DNA of 59,579 bases, filler included, from Sphacelaria rigidula (lineage: Eukaryota): assembly GCA_964200075.2 (NCBI GenBank). It is 7 parts of 7 records of this genome, joined end to end, with 100 filler letters (N's around TTAATTAATTAA, not from the genome) between each part and the next. Parts side by side here need not be neighbours in the genome. Positions count along the whole stretch, not along the records: positions 1 to 8,426 come from CAXNAA020011176.1; positions 8,527 to 16,952 come from CAXNAA020011177.1; 5 more parts are not named here. The stretch is one strand, 5' to 3'. How positions within the stretch are numbered: the stretch's first letter is position 1; each line of letters begins with the position of its first letter. The notes under the pieces are model-generated. The model saw only the letters and a program-made list of their open reading frames with translations. It did not search any database and was not told the origin of the DNA. The position numbers and the translations under genes were made by a program. Positions 1 to 12,845 of the stretch are shown piece by piece.

Positions 1-96
1 AATAATACCAATAATAATAATACCAATAATAATAATACCAATAATAATAATACCAATAATAATAATACCAATAATAAAAATAATAATTATAATTAT

Positions 97-163
<67 letters not shown>

Positions 164-210
164 TTAACAGCAATAATAATAATAGTAATAAGAATAATAA
201 TAATGAGAAT
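1..210 (+). repeat. (AAT)n microsatellite with AATAATACC variants
   Basis: Directly visible trinucleotide repeat at the contig start. Confidence 0.95.
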
Positions 211-214
211 ACAG

Positions 215-537
215 AACAAGTGCTTCTCCTCACTCTTCCCCTCTCCCTCCCCCTCCGACTGACCCTGCCGCGCCCTCCGGAAGGCGGACACTACGGCAGC
301 TCCTGCTTTTCGGCATCCCGGTCGTTCAAAGTGTCCGACCCCGTGTGGAGGCGCCGCTGGTACCGCCGCCGCATTCCACGCCGCACCCGACAAGCATCGC
401 CGCCGCCAACGTTGCCGCAATCGGAACCAGCAACGAGGGCGGTTGTGGATGATTATAAGACCGGGTTGCCGGCCGCCGATGCCCGTGGCGGAGAACGCGA
501 AGGTAACGTCCGTGGTGGTGGAGACGTGCTCGAGTGA
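215..537 (+). CDS. Possible terminal exon of an unknown gene (Pro/Arg-rich, frame uncertain)
   Basis: GC-rich block after an ACAG putative acceptor at 211-214; two plausible open frames; no recognisable domain. Confidence 0.25.
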
Positions 538-2013
538 GGGAAAACTGAAAACTGAATGGTTTCCGGTCATGAGGTTTTCCATCGCCTGGGTACCGTTTAC
601 ATTGAAATATTAACACTGCGTGATTTTTTAATTTTTTTTATCATACTTGACTCTTGTACCTGTACGTTGCAACTCTTAGGGCTTGGTATCAATGACTCGT
701 AACATCAACGAGTCCGAGGTACACGAGTCTGACCGGGAATGCGGAATGTGTGAACTATGCGATAGCCCCCCCCCTCCCCTCCCCCCCCAGAATAGTGGAT
801 GGTTTGAGGAGGCAACGTCCACAGGTGAATAAAAGTAACGAAAGACGAGCACACCGAGCAGCTGACAACTCCCATGCATGCGATCGTTTTGGCTAATGTC
901 GCCCATATGACGCGCTTCATGCAGTCTTATATATCACGCACTCTATGGCCATTTTCTTCGTGGTAGTCTTGGGGCTGGGGGGGCAAGCTATCGGGGCATC
1001 TCTCTGACGCTCTTGTGATGGGGCGTTTGTGTTGCTGGTGCATAATATGCCTACCCGCCTCGTTTGCCTACCCGTCGGACAGCCCAAGAGACACTAGTGT
1101 GTTGTAAATATCATTTATATGGATGGAACAGCACGCTATTCCAAGTCGGTCCAGGCTGCCGCACAAAGTTCTGGATGATGACGAACTTGCCTGCCCCTGA
1201 AGGTCTCGGGTGTACTGCCGACTTCGAGTTTTTCATAGCTACTCTTGTTCGAACAAATGTAATATGTAGTATAGACCATATATCATATAGCCCTAACTAT
1301 GACAAGTTGAGGTTCGTAAGGTAAGTCTTCCTAATCACGTCGGGTTTTCCATGGTCATGGTTCAAGGAATGTGCAGTTCGACTCCTTCATCACAGTATTA
1401 TTGACGTCGAAAATGTGTTCTGTTCTCAAGAGACTGCGCCACTGTGCGATTCCTTGTCGATCGCTTGAATCTGCTGAATGTTCTTCGGTGTGTATCCTTT
1501 CCGATTGAGAACCTGCAGTTGTTTTAGGATTTCTTCATATTCCCCACCTCGATTTTTTTTCTTTATTTCCAAGCCTTTTCACGTGAGGGGCAAGCTCTGA
1601 CGTAACCATTTCTGAACCGTGCGCGGGTCTAACATGGCCATCGTTGAAGTCGTTCGGGAACCATGGGCGCGCGAAAAAGGCACGCGTGAAAAGTCTGAAC
1701 GAGTAAAAACAGCCGATCAAGCATCGAATCGAACCAATTTGTATTCCTTGCCTGGTGTGTGGCAAGCGCGTACGAGATGGACCAGCTCCCACACGTCGCT
1801 CACCTCACCTTCTCTCGAGTCAATCTTTTTTGCATACGTCAACGGTACATATTTCACAGGCTGAGTCATACGGTGTAGCTCAGTGACACCGTTTCTCACT
1901 GGCTGAGTTATGCGTCATATCTCAATGGCACTGCACTCATTTCCACCGGCTGAGGCTTATGGTGTTCCTCAGCTGTATCGTTTCCCGCTGGATGCATTAT
2001 ATGATATAACCGA

Positions 2014-2352
2014 GTGTGTGTTGCCATCTCATTTGTTCTGGATGCCGGGCTACACCTTTCGGTATATGTGAGCGTACCAGCGCGGGTCGCACAGGAGGGC
2101 AGTCAACAGGGGAGTTTTTTATTTTAGTATTCCACCTTCCTCCTGCAGTGCTTGCCTTTCTTTTTTATCGCGAGAGGGGTTCAACGATCCCTTTTCCTCG
2201 TCGACCATCAAGTCGGGTTTTGTGTAACCACGACAAAGTCGTTCTCCACTGTTGGGTAGTGTGTGAGAAAAAATCCCAGATCGTTCCGAGATTTGAACTC
2301 ACGACCCAACCGTCAGAAGGCTTCGAGGTTACCACCTCAGCCACCGGGGCGA
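2014..2352 (-). mobile_element. tRNA-derived SINE, near full length
   Basis: The minus strand starts TCGCCCCGGTGGCTGAGGTGG (A box) and contains GAGTTCAAATCTC (B box) and an anticodon-like loop TTCTGAC. The body is shared with 3334-3662 and 42838-43111, with a CA-rich tail. Confidence 0.8.
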
Positions 2353-3333
2353 TCTGTCACTGAGTGATAATGAAATATTTTGGGTGCCTCTAAATCTATC
2401 CCGAGGAATGTCAAGAGCAGGTTGTTGATTCACGTGTACGGGCAGACATGTCACATGTTTTCACTCAAGCTATCAAGCATTATCCGCTGTGGTCTGTCGG
2501 TTTCCGCTCGAGGAAGGTACAAACGTTACCTCATGAAGGTTACTCCCGGGTGAGTTCACACAACATAACCGAGCTGTGTGTGAGTTGTTACCTATTTCCA
2601 TCTGCCAAGGTATACGGTATAGCTCAGCGGTACCTATTCTACTTCATGAGTTATGTCGCATGAAGGAGTCAACTTATGAATTGTCCGACTTGAGCAAACT
2701 TCGACAGAGCGCAAAACATGATTCGGCCAGGTGTAAATGTGACGATCACAAGGGGGGAAAGGCTTGTGCGCGAGCAAAGTAAAAAAAACGCCCGCCGCGT
2801 ACACGCGTTTTCGTGTTTATACAGCACACCATGCTTCGAAACTCTTAGAGATGTATATTCAGGTCAATCCTACTTGAAGTGCACAGCTACAAAGCATAGT
2901 TCTTTGCCTTCTGACCACGACTGTAGCGCACTTGGATATTGCCGTTGGAGGTCCTAAAGAAACCGCCGGTTGAGTGGGTCTGTACCCCACGACCACCCCC
3001 ATCCTTGACGGCGGGCTACTTTTTTCTGGAGGCCCCTCCTTTTCACACATGTCCAAGCTGGTGAGGGAATAATGTTGTGTCTGGCGTAGGAGGAGAGTGA
3101 CGCGAATGGATGGACATGCCGTCAAGTCAACTCAGCACTCTCCCAGCGACTTGTATGCGTGCTATTCCGACAATCGCTGTTGAGTTAAAAGACACGTCTA
3201 GTTTTGCGCGTGTGTTCGCGCCATTTGAGCGGGGTGACGTGTACAAGACGCTAATGAGAGAAACACACCCTGGACAAGAGAATACACTGTCAAAATGTTT
3301 GCCGTGTACAGTATCGACTATTGCGCCTATTTT

Positions 3334-3662
3334 TTGTGTGTGTTGTCGTCCCATCTATTCTGGGCGCCTTTCGGTGTATGTGGGCTCACCAGCCGGGGTC
3401 ACACAGGAGGAAGGTCAACACAGGGTTCATTTTTTTTTGTTTGTTTTCAGTACTTCGCCTTCCTTCTGCGGTGCTCGCCTTTTCGTTTTTTATCTTGAGA
3501 GGGGCTCAGCAGTCCCGTTCTCTCGTCGACCATTAAGTCGAGTGTTGTGTACCCACGATATAGTTGCTCTCCACGGTTGGGCATCGTGTGAGAAAAAATC
3601 CCAAATCTCTCCGAGAGTCGAACTCACGACCTAACCGTCAGAAGATTTCGAGGTTACCAACT
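3334..3662 (-). mobile_element. tRNA-derived SINE, second copy (5'-clipped)
   Basis: Colinear with 2014-2352 (ggtcacacaggaggaaggtcaac; ctcgtcgaccattaagtcg; aaaaatccc...gaactcacgacc.aaccgtcagaag). Confidence 0.8.
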
Positions 3663-4649
3663 CCATGCAGTACATTTTTCTATAATAGAATCTGTTGTCC
3701 AGGGTGTGGGAAGACGCCGGCGTATTCAGTGCTTGGCCAGGACGGGCGGATGCGTGTGGCCGTACATGCATGATCCCATAGAAATATTCACGAACATCCA
3801 GGGCTGCGATTGGTGTTTTTTCAGGTCGGTCTTTCCCACGACACAAAAAGGCACGTTGAAATAATCATGGCGACTCGAGAATTCCAGTGGCTCAGCGGCT
3901 CGAGAATGTCGATTCGAATCATAAACCTTCTGGACCCATTGATGGAAAAAATGACGATTTAAAATCGACGTTTTTTGGGCAAGATATGGCTGCTTTCCCG
4001 CATGCTGTTGATGATGCAGCTCACCGAAATGGTGCACCACTCTAACTTCAAATATACTAATGTGAAAAATTCGTGCACTGAACTCGAAGTGACGTTTCCC
4101 CGGTGACGGAAGCTCGCGTATGGGAGTTTGTACTGTTTTTTGCGAGTTCCAAGGGCGTTGGGGAGTGTGGTTGGTTGCGGCACATGATGGAGTGTTCGGG
4201 AAAACGGATGCGGAGCCGATATTTCGATACCTCAGGAATCGAAAATGGGCGACGCGGTCGGTACGAAAGCACATATGATCACTCGAGATGCACGTCATCG
4301 GCGGTGTTAAAGAACAAATCTCACATTCCCGTGCCTAAACCGGGCACAATTCACGTAAACATGGTCGAACCGGATGGTAAAAGCGAAGATCTCACATGGC
4401 GACTTGTGGGCTTTCACTCCGTAATTACGGTTCTGGAACCCCGTGATGTATGATATAATTGTTGTCGATCATGACACCAATTTCTTGATATGACGCACCC
4501 ATAAGCGTAAGCACAGAATGTGTCGTCGAAATACGACAATATATCATGCTGAATGATGAAAACTTTAGTCGAAAGTAAAAACTTATGATTTTTACGACAC
4601 TTTTGAGGATCATCTATTACGAATTTTTCTTCCCCCGCCCCCACAACGG

Positions 4650-4715
4650 TGCTCCGTCTCGAAAGGGATGCGTGGTCAATGGTCAAACGACTAAGGCAAG
4701 CAACAAATGAGTACG
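4650..4715 (+). repeat. Dispersed repeat segment (gctccgtctcgaaagggatgcgtggtcaatggtca...ggcaagcaacaaatgagtacg)
   Basis: Reverse complement at 12935-13006 and a partial copy at 17124-17150, on three different contigs. Confidence 0.7.
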
Positions 4716-7700
4716 NNNNNNNNNGCGCGCGCCAATGGTCTCATGACTAAGGCATGCATGGTCATCAGTGCACCCCCCCTGCGCGCGCTCCCCCTTAATT
4801 TTTTTCTCTGGGACTTACGCACTTTTTCGTCAATCTCCGGCGTTGGGGATATGGCGATGCTAGTATCACGTGATGAATATTTGCAATTGTGAAGTGAAAA
4901 TCATTATGTTCTGAGATTGCAAATGCCGTGTGTTTCGGTATTACTCTTGAAATCGGTGTCGCGTGGTACCGCAGGTTCTGTTGTTCAGCTGTACGATACT
5001 GCACAACACACGACAGTACTGCTACGTCCCCGACTAACCGCTCACCGACCACCCGAATGCGGACTATCTGAGTACCACTGTGTCCGTTCATAGTACGATT
5101 GAAGCCGTCCTCTCCATCACCATTGTTGTATCCCACTAGAATGGACGTCATCGTCTACGTGGTCCGCTGGCACCACCCGTACCGTCGAATATCTGCGGCG
5201 TGGAGTACCTCCTTGGTTGGCCATTGCTTCGGCGGCTGCTGTTCATCCCTCCGCTGCTGCCCGCCTTCTAGGTTCGAAGCGGGCCAGTTCATGTGCTACT
5301 ACAGTCAGTCAAGCGAGCAATCGCGGTAGTCAGGGCGAGACCGTACCGCCGCGGTCCTTGTGGTCGCTCCTCGTAGGCAATAATTTTTTGTCAGTAGCAG
5401 GTGACATCTCACGACCGTGCAGTCCTTCGGTTCAGTTTGGAACTGGTTCGGGCGGGCGACAGAAGACAAAGATCTTTGCAGTTTTGTACTTGAGGATAGC
5501 GTATTTATTTCGATAGGTGAACGGTCTGCCCCATCGTTCTGTGTGCATCACGAAAAGATCCTGCCTAACCGCCATCACCCGACAACCGTTCAAAATCGTC
5601 ATAGTCCATTCCGCCAAAGTGTGTGCGCTCATGATACAGACGTACGACAGAACAAAATCGTATATATGCATGCTACACGAGTAGCGGATGGCCTCATGTA
5701 TGTAGTAGCGGAAGGAAAGCTGGCCACCGCGTCACCAAAAGGAAGAATCGTATGCATGGGTTCATTAATTAATTGGAGAGAGAAAATGACGAATTGAGGA
5801 ATAGAAATCCAACGGTCTCTACGACACTACATGTGCAAGACGTGAGTATTGCATTATTTTTACAACGTGTACGCGGCTATTGAAGGTGCACGGAAACATG
5901 TTGTTTGTTTCTCTCTCATTGCGCCTATTTGATCATCTGAATAGGGCGCTGTAAGTTACGAAGATTGACATGCCCCGATAGCAACAGCCTCCCGGAGCTC
6001 GACGTCTTCAAACAACGCTGTTGGGTACACGCTCAACCGTCCGCCGTTGGAAAAGATCGCCCCCAGGGGGTTGTATCCCCGGTAATCTATCCTGCAAATA
6101 TCCTTAGCAGCGGTACACGTGTACTACGAACTAAAAGAGAAAAAACTGCTGCCTTCGAACGACTTCAGGAACAGGTGGAAAGGGTGCACCACTGCTGCAC
6201 AGGAGACAAAGCTCCGGCGGTAATTCTAGGTCCACTGCGGCGGAAACCTCCGTGATATATCAACCAGTCACGAATATTGTTCGGGAAGGGTCCGCGGCGG
6301 GTCTTGACGGGGTGACGTTGGGTAGGGATGGTGCACCCGAGCGGTCCGCTGGTAAAGGTGATGGTGCGAGAAAAGCGACCCGCGCGGCTCTGTGTGTTCG
6401 TGTTGACGACTCGGCGTGGTCGCGGCCGCTTGATATCTCGCTGCAGGGAGCAGGTGGCCCCTTCCAGGTGGGTTGAGATGAATGGTTTCGGACAATTGTT
6501 GTAAATATTTTCGTGTACATCATCAGATTCTGCTTCATATATTATATATTTTTGTTTTTAACGAAAAAAGCGATGTTGGTCGAAGGTCTCATGAATAACC
6601 TTATCTTCCTCTGTGGAATCTCGATAGATGATTTGGTGCGATCTCAAGCGCTGGATACCCCTCCGCAGGAGAAGCTGGAGATCCCATTGGAAGTGGGTTC
6701 GAGGGCTAGGAGTGGTTTCTCGAGTATGTCGGGGATCGTAGATGATTGATTTTTTTTTTTTGTCATAATCTGGTGGTGAAACGGAATCGCACTTTTGTTC
6801 ATATCTACGAAGTATATGCATGTGGGTGAAGTATCGTAAAATTCATACAAGCCCATCCGCGTGAGGTGATATCCCGGACCAGGTAGCGGATACCACGTGG
6901 TGGAGTAGTCCTTGCGCCCCCTGACACCCTCGCGACTTGATTTTCTAGTATGTTGTGACGTTGCTGCCCGATACATACGACGGTAGATTCCGAAAGATGT
7001 GTGTTAATGTGTGTATGTATGCGTGTGTTGTAACGTATGTTTATGGTGGATATTTTTTGCAGGCCGTCTCTGAAAGATCGCGTTTTGTAGCTTGGGTTGT
7101 TTTTCGTTTTCTACGTGATCTTTGTTGTTATCGTGTGCAGCTGACTCATGTATTGGAGTGGCTCTGGCACTCGTGTAGTTTTGCGCCTGAACATGATAGT
7201 CGACCCGCATACGTCTCCAAGAAACATGTCAAGATTGTGACAGGACAAGGCAAGTACCGGCCACACTACTTTACGCGCGCAGGAACCATTTTTTGTCAAT
7301 CAAAGCAGCATCTTATTCTTCAGCCCCCTGTGCCATACAGGACAGTTGCTTACAATCAGCCACGTACAAGAAGCCTTAGTAGCAGGTCGCCGTTTTGCAC
7401 TGTTGGACTCAATTGTGTCACAATTTCATCGTGCTTCACGGTATGAATGCCGGCTCCGGAATCGTGATTGCTGTAGTCTACCTACCCGGGCTTTCCCTCA
7501 ATATACAGCTTGGTACAAGCAGCGCTGGTTCAGGGGAACTCCTCCGTCTTGCATTGCGCAACATTCGAGTTTTACCTGTATATGGGCGTATTTTTTAGTA
7601 TGTTGTGTCGGCGTTTTCACACAGACTTCCACCGACTATCTGTATCGACGGTGTACGCCCGTTACACACGGACGTCTATTACAACTTGCACACGGCCGAG

Positions 7701-8349
7701 TTCATGTATGGCATGCCTTCCTTGACGTATAACATGCCTGCCCAGACTGTGGTGAAGTCCGCCCTACTACTCCGTGTGCACTTGCTCACGTCCAACTCCA
7801 GATCCCAGGAGGACGCTGGCCGGGTCTCAAACGACCAGCCTCATCTTCACCCCCATCCACCGCGGTAGCCACGCATTCGCAGCGTCGCGGCAGCAACACA
7901 AAGACTGGTGATGAATCATCGGCAGCAGGTGGATCTCCGGAATATGCAGGCGTGTGGGGGGAGGGGAAGGTCGGAGTGTACGAGCTGGCGTACGACGTAC
8001 GAGTGGCTCCGGCTCCGTGGAACCGCACCAGGGTTATCACGCTTACATCCAGGTGCGTTGCGAGCGGGTGTCGAGGGGGGGGGGGACGGGGGGCCAACTG
8101 TCTTCACAATGTCTATACGTACACTACCTCAGAGTAGTGTATCGGGTGTGAATGTTGACAGTTTTAATCTCGCTTCGTGGCCTGGTGTTTGCTCGCTTGT
8201 GATGCTGTGCTGTGCGGGTTTGGCAACAGTGAGAGTCAGTTTCGATCACCGCCTTACTCAAAAATGAAGGGTGGTTTGTCGATGAGATTGTTTACACGCG
8301 TGCATACCGGCTTCTTGTCGCACAAGCTCCACTGTACCGTGGCATCATC

Positions 8350-8389
<40 letters not shown>

Positions 8390-8426
8390 ACACAACCCCC
8401 ACACGACCGAGACATCCTTTCCTCCC

Positions 8427-8526
8427 NNNNNNNNNNNNNNNNNNNNNNNNNNNNNNNNNNNNNNNNNNNNTTAATTAATTAANNNNNNNNNNNNNNNNNN
8501 NNNNNNNNNNNNNNNNNNNNNNNNNN
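8427..8526. other. Artificial contig spacer (N44-TTAATTAATTAA-N44); also at 16953-17052, 25479-25578, 34005-34104, 42530-42629, 51055-51154
   Basis: Identical 100-nt spacers containing a six-frame stop linker, at intervals of 8525-8526 bp. Confidence 0.98.
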
Positions 8527-8689
8527 CATATACAAGAGGTAGTCATCGCCAGCCTCGGAGTTCCTTCGGCATGAGGACGGCAGTCTCCCCCGTAGGTCTC
8601 TGACTACTCTAGCGATACGCTTTACTTACATATATATATATATATATATATATTCTCTTGAGGTTATAGCAAATCGGTGTGTACCCCTC

Positions 8690-9002
8690 CCCTTCTACAG
8701 CGTGATAGAGAAACATCCCTGGCGCAGTGTGGAACCCGTGGCTATCCCTGGAAGGGGCGATACCAGAGAATGGAACAACTCATTGTCATCTCTGTGTAAG
8801 ATGACCAGTAGGCTTTGGACCGAACAATCTTAGCAGGATGCAGCTCACCCCTCATGCGACTCGCCGAACTCACCACGGCGCTTCACGCTTGGTGATTGAT
8901 TACGAGCCTGATACGGCGAAAACCCGGCGTGCTCCGTCCCGGCCTTGTAGGAATGCGAGCTCAATGGTTTCGTGACTACGACATGCAAGATCATGAGCAT
9001 GC
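8690..9002 (-). repeat. Dispersed repeat family containing CTACAAGGCCGGGACGGAGCAC
   Basis: Reverse complement is colinear with 50430-50720; related pieces at 16625-16950, about 25440-25467 and 51155-51270. Confidence 0.8.
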
Positions 9003-9278
9003 CCTCTACAGCGTAAGGGTTGGTTACAGCAGGAGGGTAGTGTAACGAAGCAGGGTTATTATCCAAATTACAATCTCTTAAGTGAGGAGTTGGTGACGTC
9101 ACGGCAGTGTCTGTGAGAGGAGAGATTGTGTGTGTGTGTGTGAGAATGGCACTTACTGTGTTATTGTATGCCCGGCGATATCGAACCATTACTCCATCGT
9201 GGATGAAAGCGTCAATTTTTTTGAGAGCGTGCCTTAACTCACTCTCGATCAATAATAAAAACGAATCAATGAAATAAG

Positions 9279-9459
9279 GTGGTTCAAGATGAAATGTACG
9301 AGTGGCTGCAAAAGGATGACTGCGCCAAGGTGGCCCTGTTCGACGCCACCAACACTACCAAGTCGAGACGGACGATGCTGGTGTCGAGGAGCAAGATGGA
9401 GAAGAACACGATGCTCGTCTTCATAGAGAGTATCTGCGATGACCCAGAGATCCTTGCGC

Positions 9460-9461
<2 letters not shown>
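9279..9461 (+). CDS. PFKFB: 6-phosphofructo-2-kinase/fructose-2,6-bisphosphatase, exon (kinase domain)
   Basis: VALFDATNTTKSRR...VFIESICDDPEILAQ matches the PFK-2 DATNxT and FIESIC motifs; AG/GT boundaries; 183 nt, phase 0. Confidence 0.93.
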
Positions 9462-9508
<47 letters not shown>

Positions 9509-11796
9509 TTGTTTTGTGTGTGGATTTACTTCAGTATGTCATACTCCATTTTGTGCCGTACTCCGGTAGCGTTTACCACGTTGTGAGATGGAACTCTCCC
9601 ACAATTTTATTACGTGATTTGAATGTGAACATTGACATCGGGACCTTTAGTGGGGCTGACAGTCCCACGTGCTCATGACCTCCATGCCTGGAGTCTCCTG
9701 GATTTCTTGGACCACCGGGGCACAGCGGTGTCACACCAAAAATTGCATGCGCAACCTAATTTTAGGACTATTGAGCCGAACTCGTACAAGGATCTTCACT
9801 TTTACACACAAATTAGAAATTCGTGCCCGAAGCAACAACATTTTTTTGAAATGAATTTATAGTTATGGTTTTTGTTTTTTCGGCTAAAATTTCAAATCGT
9901 TCGATCTTTCTGTTCTTTCTGTGTTCCTTGTTGCTCCGGATAATGACTATAGATCACATTGTCCAGAAGTGTACTGCGTACCGTATGGAAGCTATTGTCT
10001 ATTGCGATAGACGCAATAGTCGATACTGTACGCAGCACACTTTCTGATAATACAATCCATCGTTATCATCCAGGGTGTAAAATGGTTCGTGTATTGATGA
10101 CATGGACGTCGTGTCGAAATTTCAGCTACTGACTGCTAAAATTGGGCTTCGCGTAAAACTGTTTGACCGGCTGGCCAATGGATACTCTCCCGGCTGGCCC
10201 AGCTCGTATCTTGTGACCATAGTCGGGTTCATAGTGTATCAGCTGTTGTGCAGCAATCAATCGGATCAAATAATCGATCACCCCAGTCTGGTTTATTCGC
10301 TCGTTTGATGGATTGCCGCGCATCAACTGACCCGCGACGAACCCAGCCGTTCCCACAATATACTCCGATGTTTATGTCATACTCCAGTGTGTTATACTTC
10401 AGTTTGTTATACTTCACGCAATCCTCCACATCATGGACATCATCTATGATGACCCAGAGATACTAGACCAAATGTGTGGCGTGTGGGTCAAGTATATCAC
10501 CCTCGCTGCCTGCCGTGCCGCATTGTCATGCTTTCGACGGAGATTACAATGCCTCATTTCATAGAGACCAATCTGCGAGGACCCTGAAGTCTTCTCACAC
10601 AGGAGTTTTCTCATGCTTTTGCCATCCTCAACTGTGTTCACCACTCTCCTGCGTGTCATACTCCTGTGCGTTGCCACAGTCCAGCGTGTGTTGGTTTTGT
10701 TTGTTCTACCGTCTTGCATTTGCGCCTGCTCTATTCTTGCGTGCGTGCGTGCGTGTATGTGTGTGTGTGTGTGTGGTTGGGGCTTCGACGGTTAGACCCG
10801 AACCTGAGCATAAAAAATCACAACGGATATTCAGACCTACCGGTGACGCCAAATAAAAAAGAACACTGTGCTCGTAAGGAAAAGTGGCTACCGTGCACCG
10901 GAGGATCATCTTGGTGCTTGGTCGTTGAGCTGAAGTTCTGTGGATGTACTAGGGGCAGCGTGGGGCACACACAGATCGACTGCCGTGGACAGTCCCCCTC
11001 TCGTCTGGACCAGAGCAGCTAGCAAGCTGCCCGATGACTGCAGAAGGCCTTCTGTGGCACATATTCAGAGAACTGAGGTCGTATGACCCCAAAAGCATAA
11101 GCAACGTTATTCTCGATAATGTATCATATGTACACGATACGAAAATAAACAGACGCACGCACGCGCGCGCCCAGCATGTCGCAAGTAAGTTCGTATGTTT
11201 CAACGAAGGAACGTCGCAAATCCCCGGGTGCTCAAGTCCGATGGAGTGCGTGCATGTCCAGTTATGTCCGCGCTGTGTGAGATCCCCAGCACGGTGGGGT
11301 GCGTCGCGAGCTCGGCGTCGTTCGCCCGCCACTTTCTCTTTGCTAGTAGACGAATTTGTTGACGTTTCACAGTGAGTCTTCCTCCACTGATTCCACAGTG
11401 AAAATGGCTTCTCTGATGGCCCCTTGGTTTGATTTGTATTCAGTGCACCAATGCTCGCTCCTACAGTGAACATAAAGAACTCTTCACCACGAGCGTTTAC
11501 TCCGCTCGACCCGACCCGTCTTTATATTTCGTGGTCGTGGAAAACGGTTAACTCTCCGCACCCCACTCCACCCCCCAGGTGAGAGCCGTGCTTTGGTTTT
11601 TCGTACGTCCACCGTTGGTTTCTTATCCTTTGTCCCATCTTCATTTTATAGCCGACATTTTACTCGTGTGGGTCATATTATAGCCTTGAACCTTCACCCA
11701 GCCCCTAAACCTCGCCCTAGCCCTAACCCTAGCCCCGACGCTAACGCTGACTGCATCCTTGGCGTGGTGATTTTCGCCGTGCCTACTGCGCGGCAG

Positions 11797-11859
11797 AACT
11801 ACAGGTTGAAGCTTAAGAACGATGACTACAAGAATCAGGACCCGGATGCCGCGCTCAAG
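11797..11859 (+). CDS. PFKFB: PFK-2/FBPase-2 exon
   Basis: NYRLKLKNDDYKNQDPDAALK; cag/gt boundaries; 63 nt, in frame. Confidence 0.9.
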
Positions 11860-12178
11860 GTGTGTCATGTTCTGGTGTGCATTGCATCCGTTGTGGACTC
11901 GCTTTCGCCGTTTGCTGTCCTCTTCTGGAATCTGTTATCGTCTGTTGTGGTTGTTGTTGTTTATATCATCATTGTCATCATTGTCATCATTGTTGTTTTT
12001 AATGTCGTTAGTTATTATTATCATTAGTGTCATTGGTGTATCGTTATTAGTATTCCGGAGTAATATCATTATCACCACTATTACTGTTGCTACTATCATC
12101 ACTATTATGAAGTAGCATCATGACTCTGTTGGGTTCATCTGGGTTTTGATTTCGATTCTGATTTTACTTTCTTGACAG

Positions 12179-12343
12179 GACTTCAAGCAGAGAGTGAAGG
12201 CGTATGAGTCTGTGTACGAGACCATAGAAGACAACGAGGATGGGGGAAACATCCAGTACATCAAGCTTTACAACGTGGGACAGAAGGTGGTGACCCGAAA
12301 TTGCAAGGGTTACCTGCCCAGCCAGGTCGCCTTCTACCTTCAG
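12179..12343 (+). CDS. PFKFB: PFK-2/FBPase-2 exon
   Basis: DFKQRVKAYESVYETIED...YIKLYNVGQKVVTRNCKGYLPSQVAFYLQ; cag/gtaaag boundaries; 165 nt. Confidence 0.93.
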
Positions 12344-12445
12344 GTAAAGGAGAAAACAAGACGAGTTATTTCTGTCTAATGGTTGCCGTGCGTTCTTGCC
12401 TTTCTTCCTCGTTTTCGCCATCCTTTTCTTCTCGCAATTTCAAGG

Positions 12446-12482
12446 AGTAGAAGAAGTAGTAGTAGTAGTAGAAGTAGAAGTA

Positions 12483-12570
<88 letters not shown>
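12446..12570 (+). repeat. Intronic compound (GTA)n(GTC)n(GTA)n microsatellite
   Basis: Directly visible; it produces the spurious poly-V/R/S/T ORFs in the track. Confidence 0.95.
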
Positions 12571-12695
12571 ATTTTGTATCTTGTGCCATTCGTCTTTTGT
12601 CATCTATTACCGTTCGTTTTCTCATGTTGTCTCTTTTGTTGCCCTATCAGCAACAATTATCCCTCCCCACCTGCCCCGAACAAAAAAATAAACAG

Positions 12696-12845
12696 AACAT
12701 ACACATCGGACCCCGCAAGATCTGGCTGACACGGCACGCAGAATGTGTGAGCTCATCGGACGAGCCGGGGGAGAATTCCGAGGAGCTGACGGAGGAGGGC
12801 AGGCGGTACAGCATGACCGTCGCTAAGTACTTGCAGCTGGAACAG
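12696..12845 (+). CDS. PFKFB: PFK-2/FBPase-2 exon (start of histidine-phosphatase domain)
   Basis: NIHIGPRKIWLTRHAE corresponds to the canonical NIH..PR.I.L.RHGE; 150 nt; cag/gt boundaries. Confidence 0.92.

Noticed and set aside
2275-2352. Functional tRNA-Gln gene
   Set aside because: The acceptor stem is imperfect and the sequence is attached to a repeated SINE body.
4725-8400. Short ORFs in contig 1 as host genes
   Set aside because: No recognisable domains or consistent splice structure; likely decayed repeats.
8471-8482. TTAATTAATTAA palindrome recurring every ~8.5 kb
   Set aside because: Synthetic six-frame stop linker inside the N spacers.
12376-12691. Poly-Arg/Val/Ser/Thr/Leu ORFs
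   Set aside because: Translations of an intronic microsatellite.
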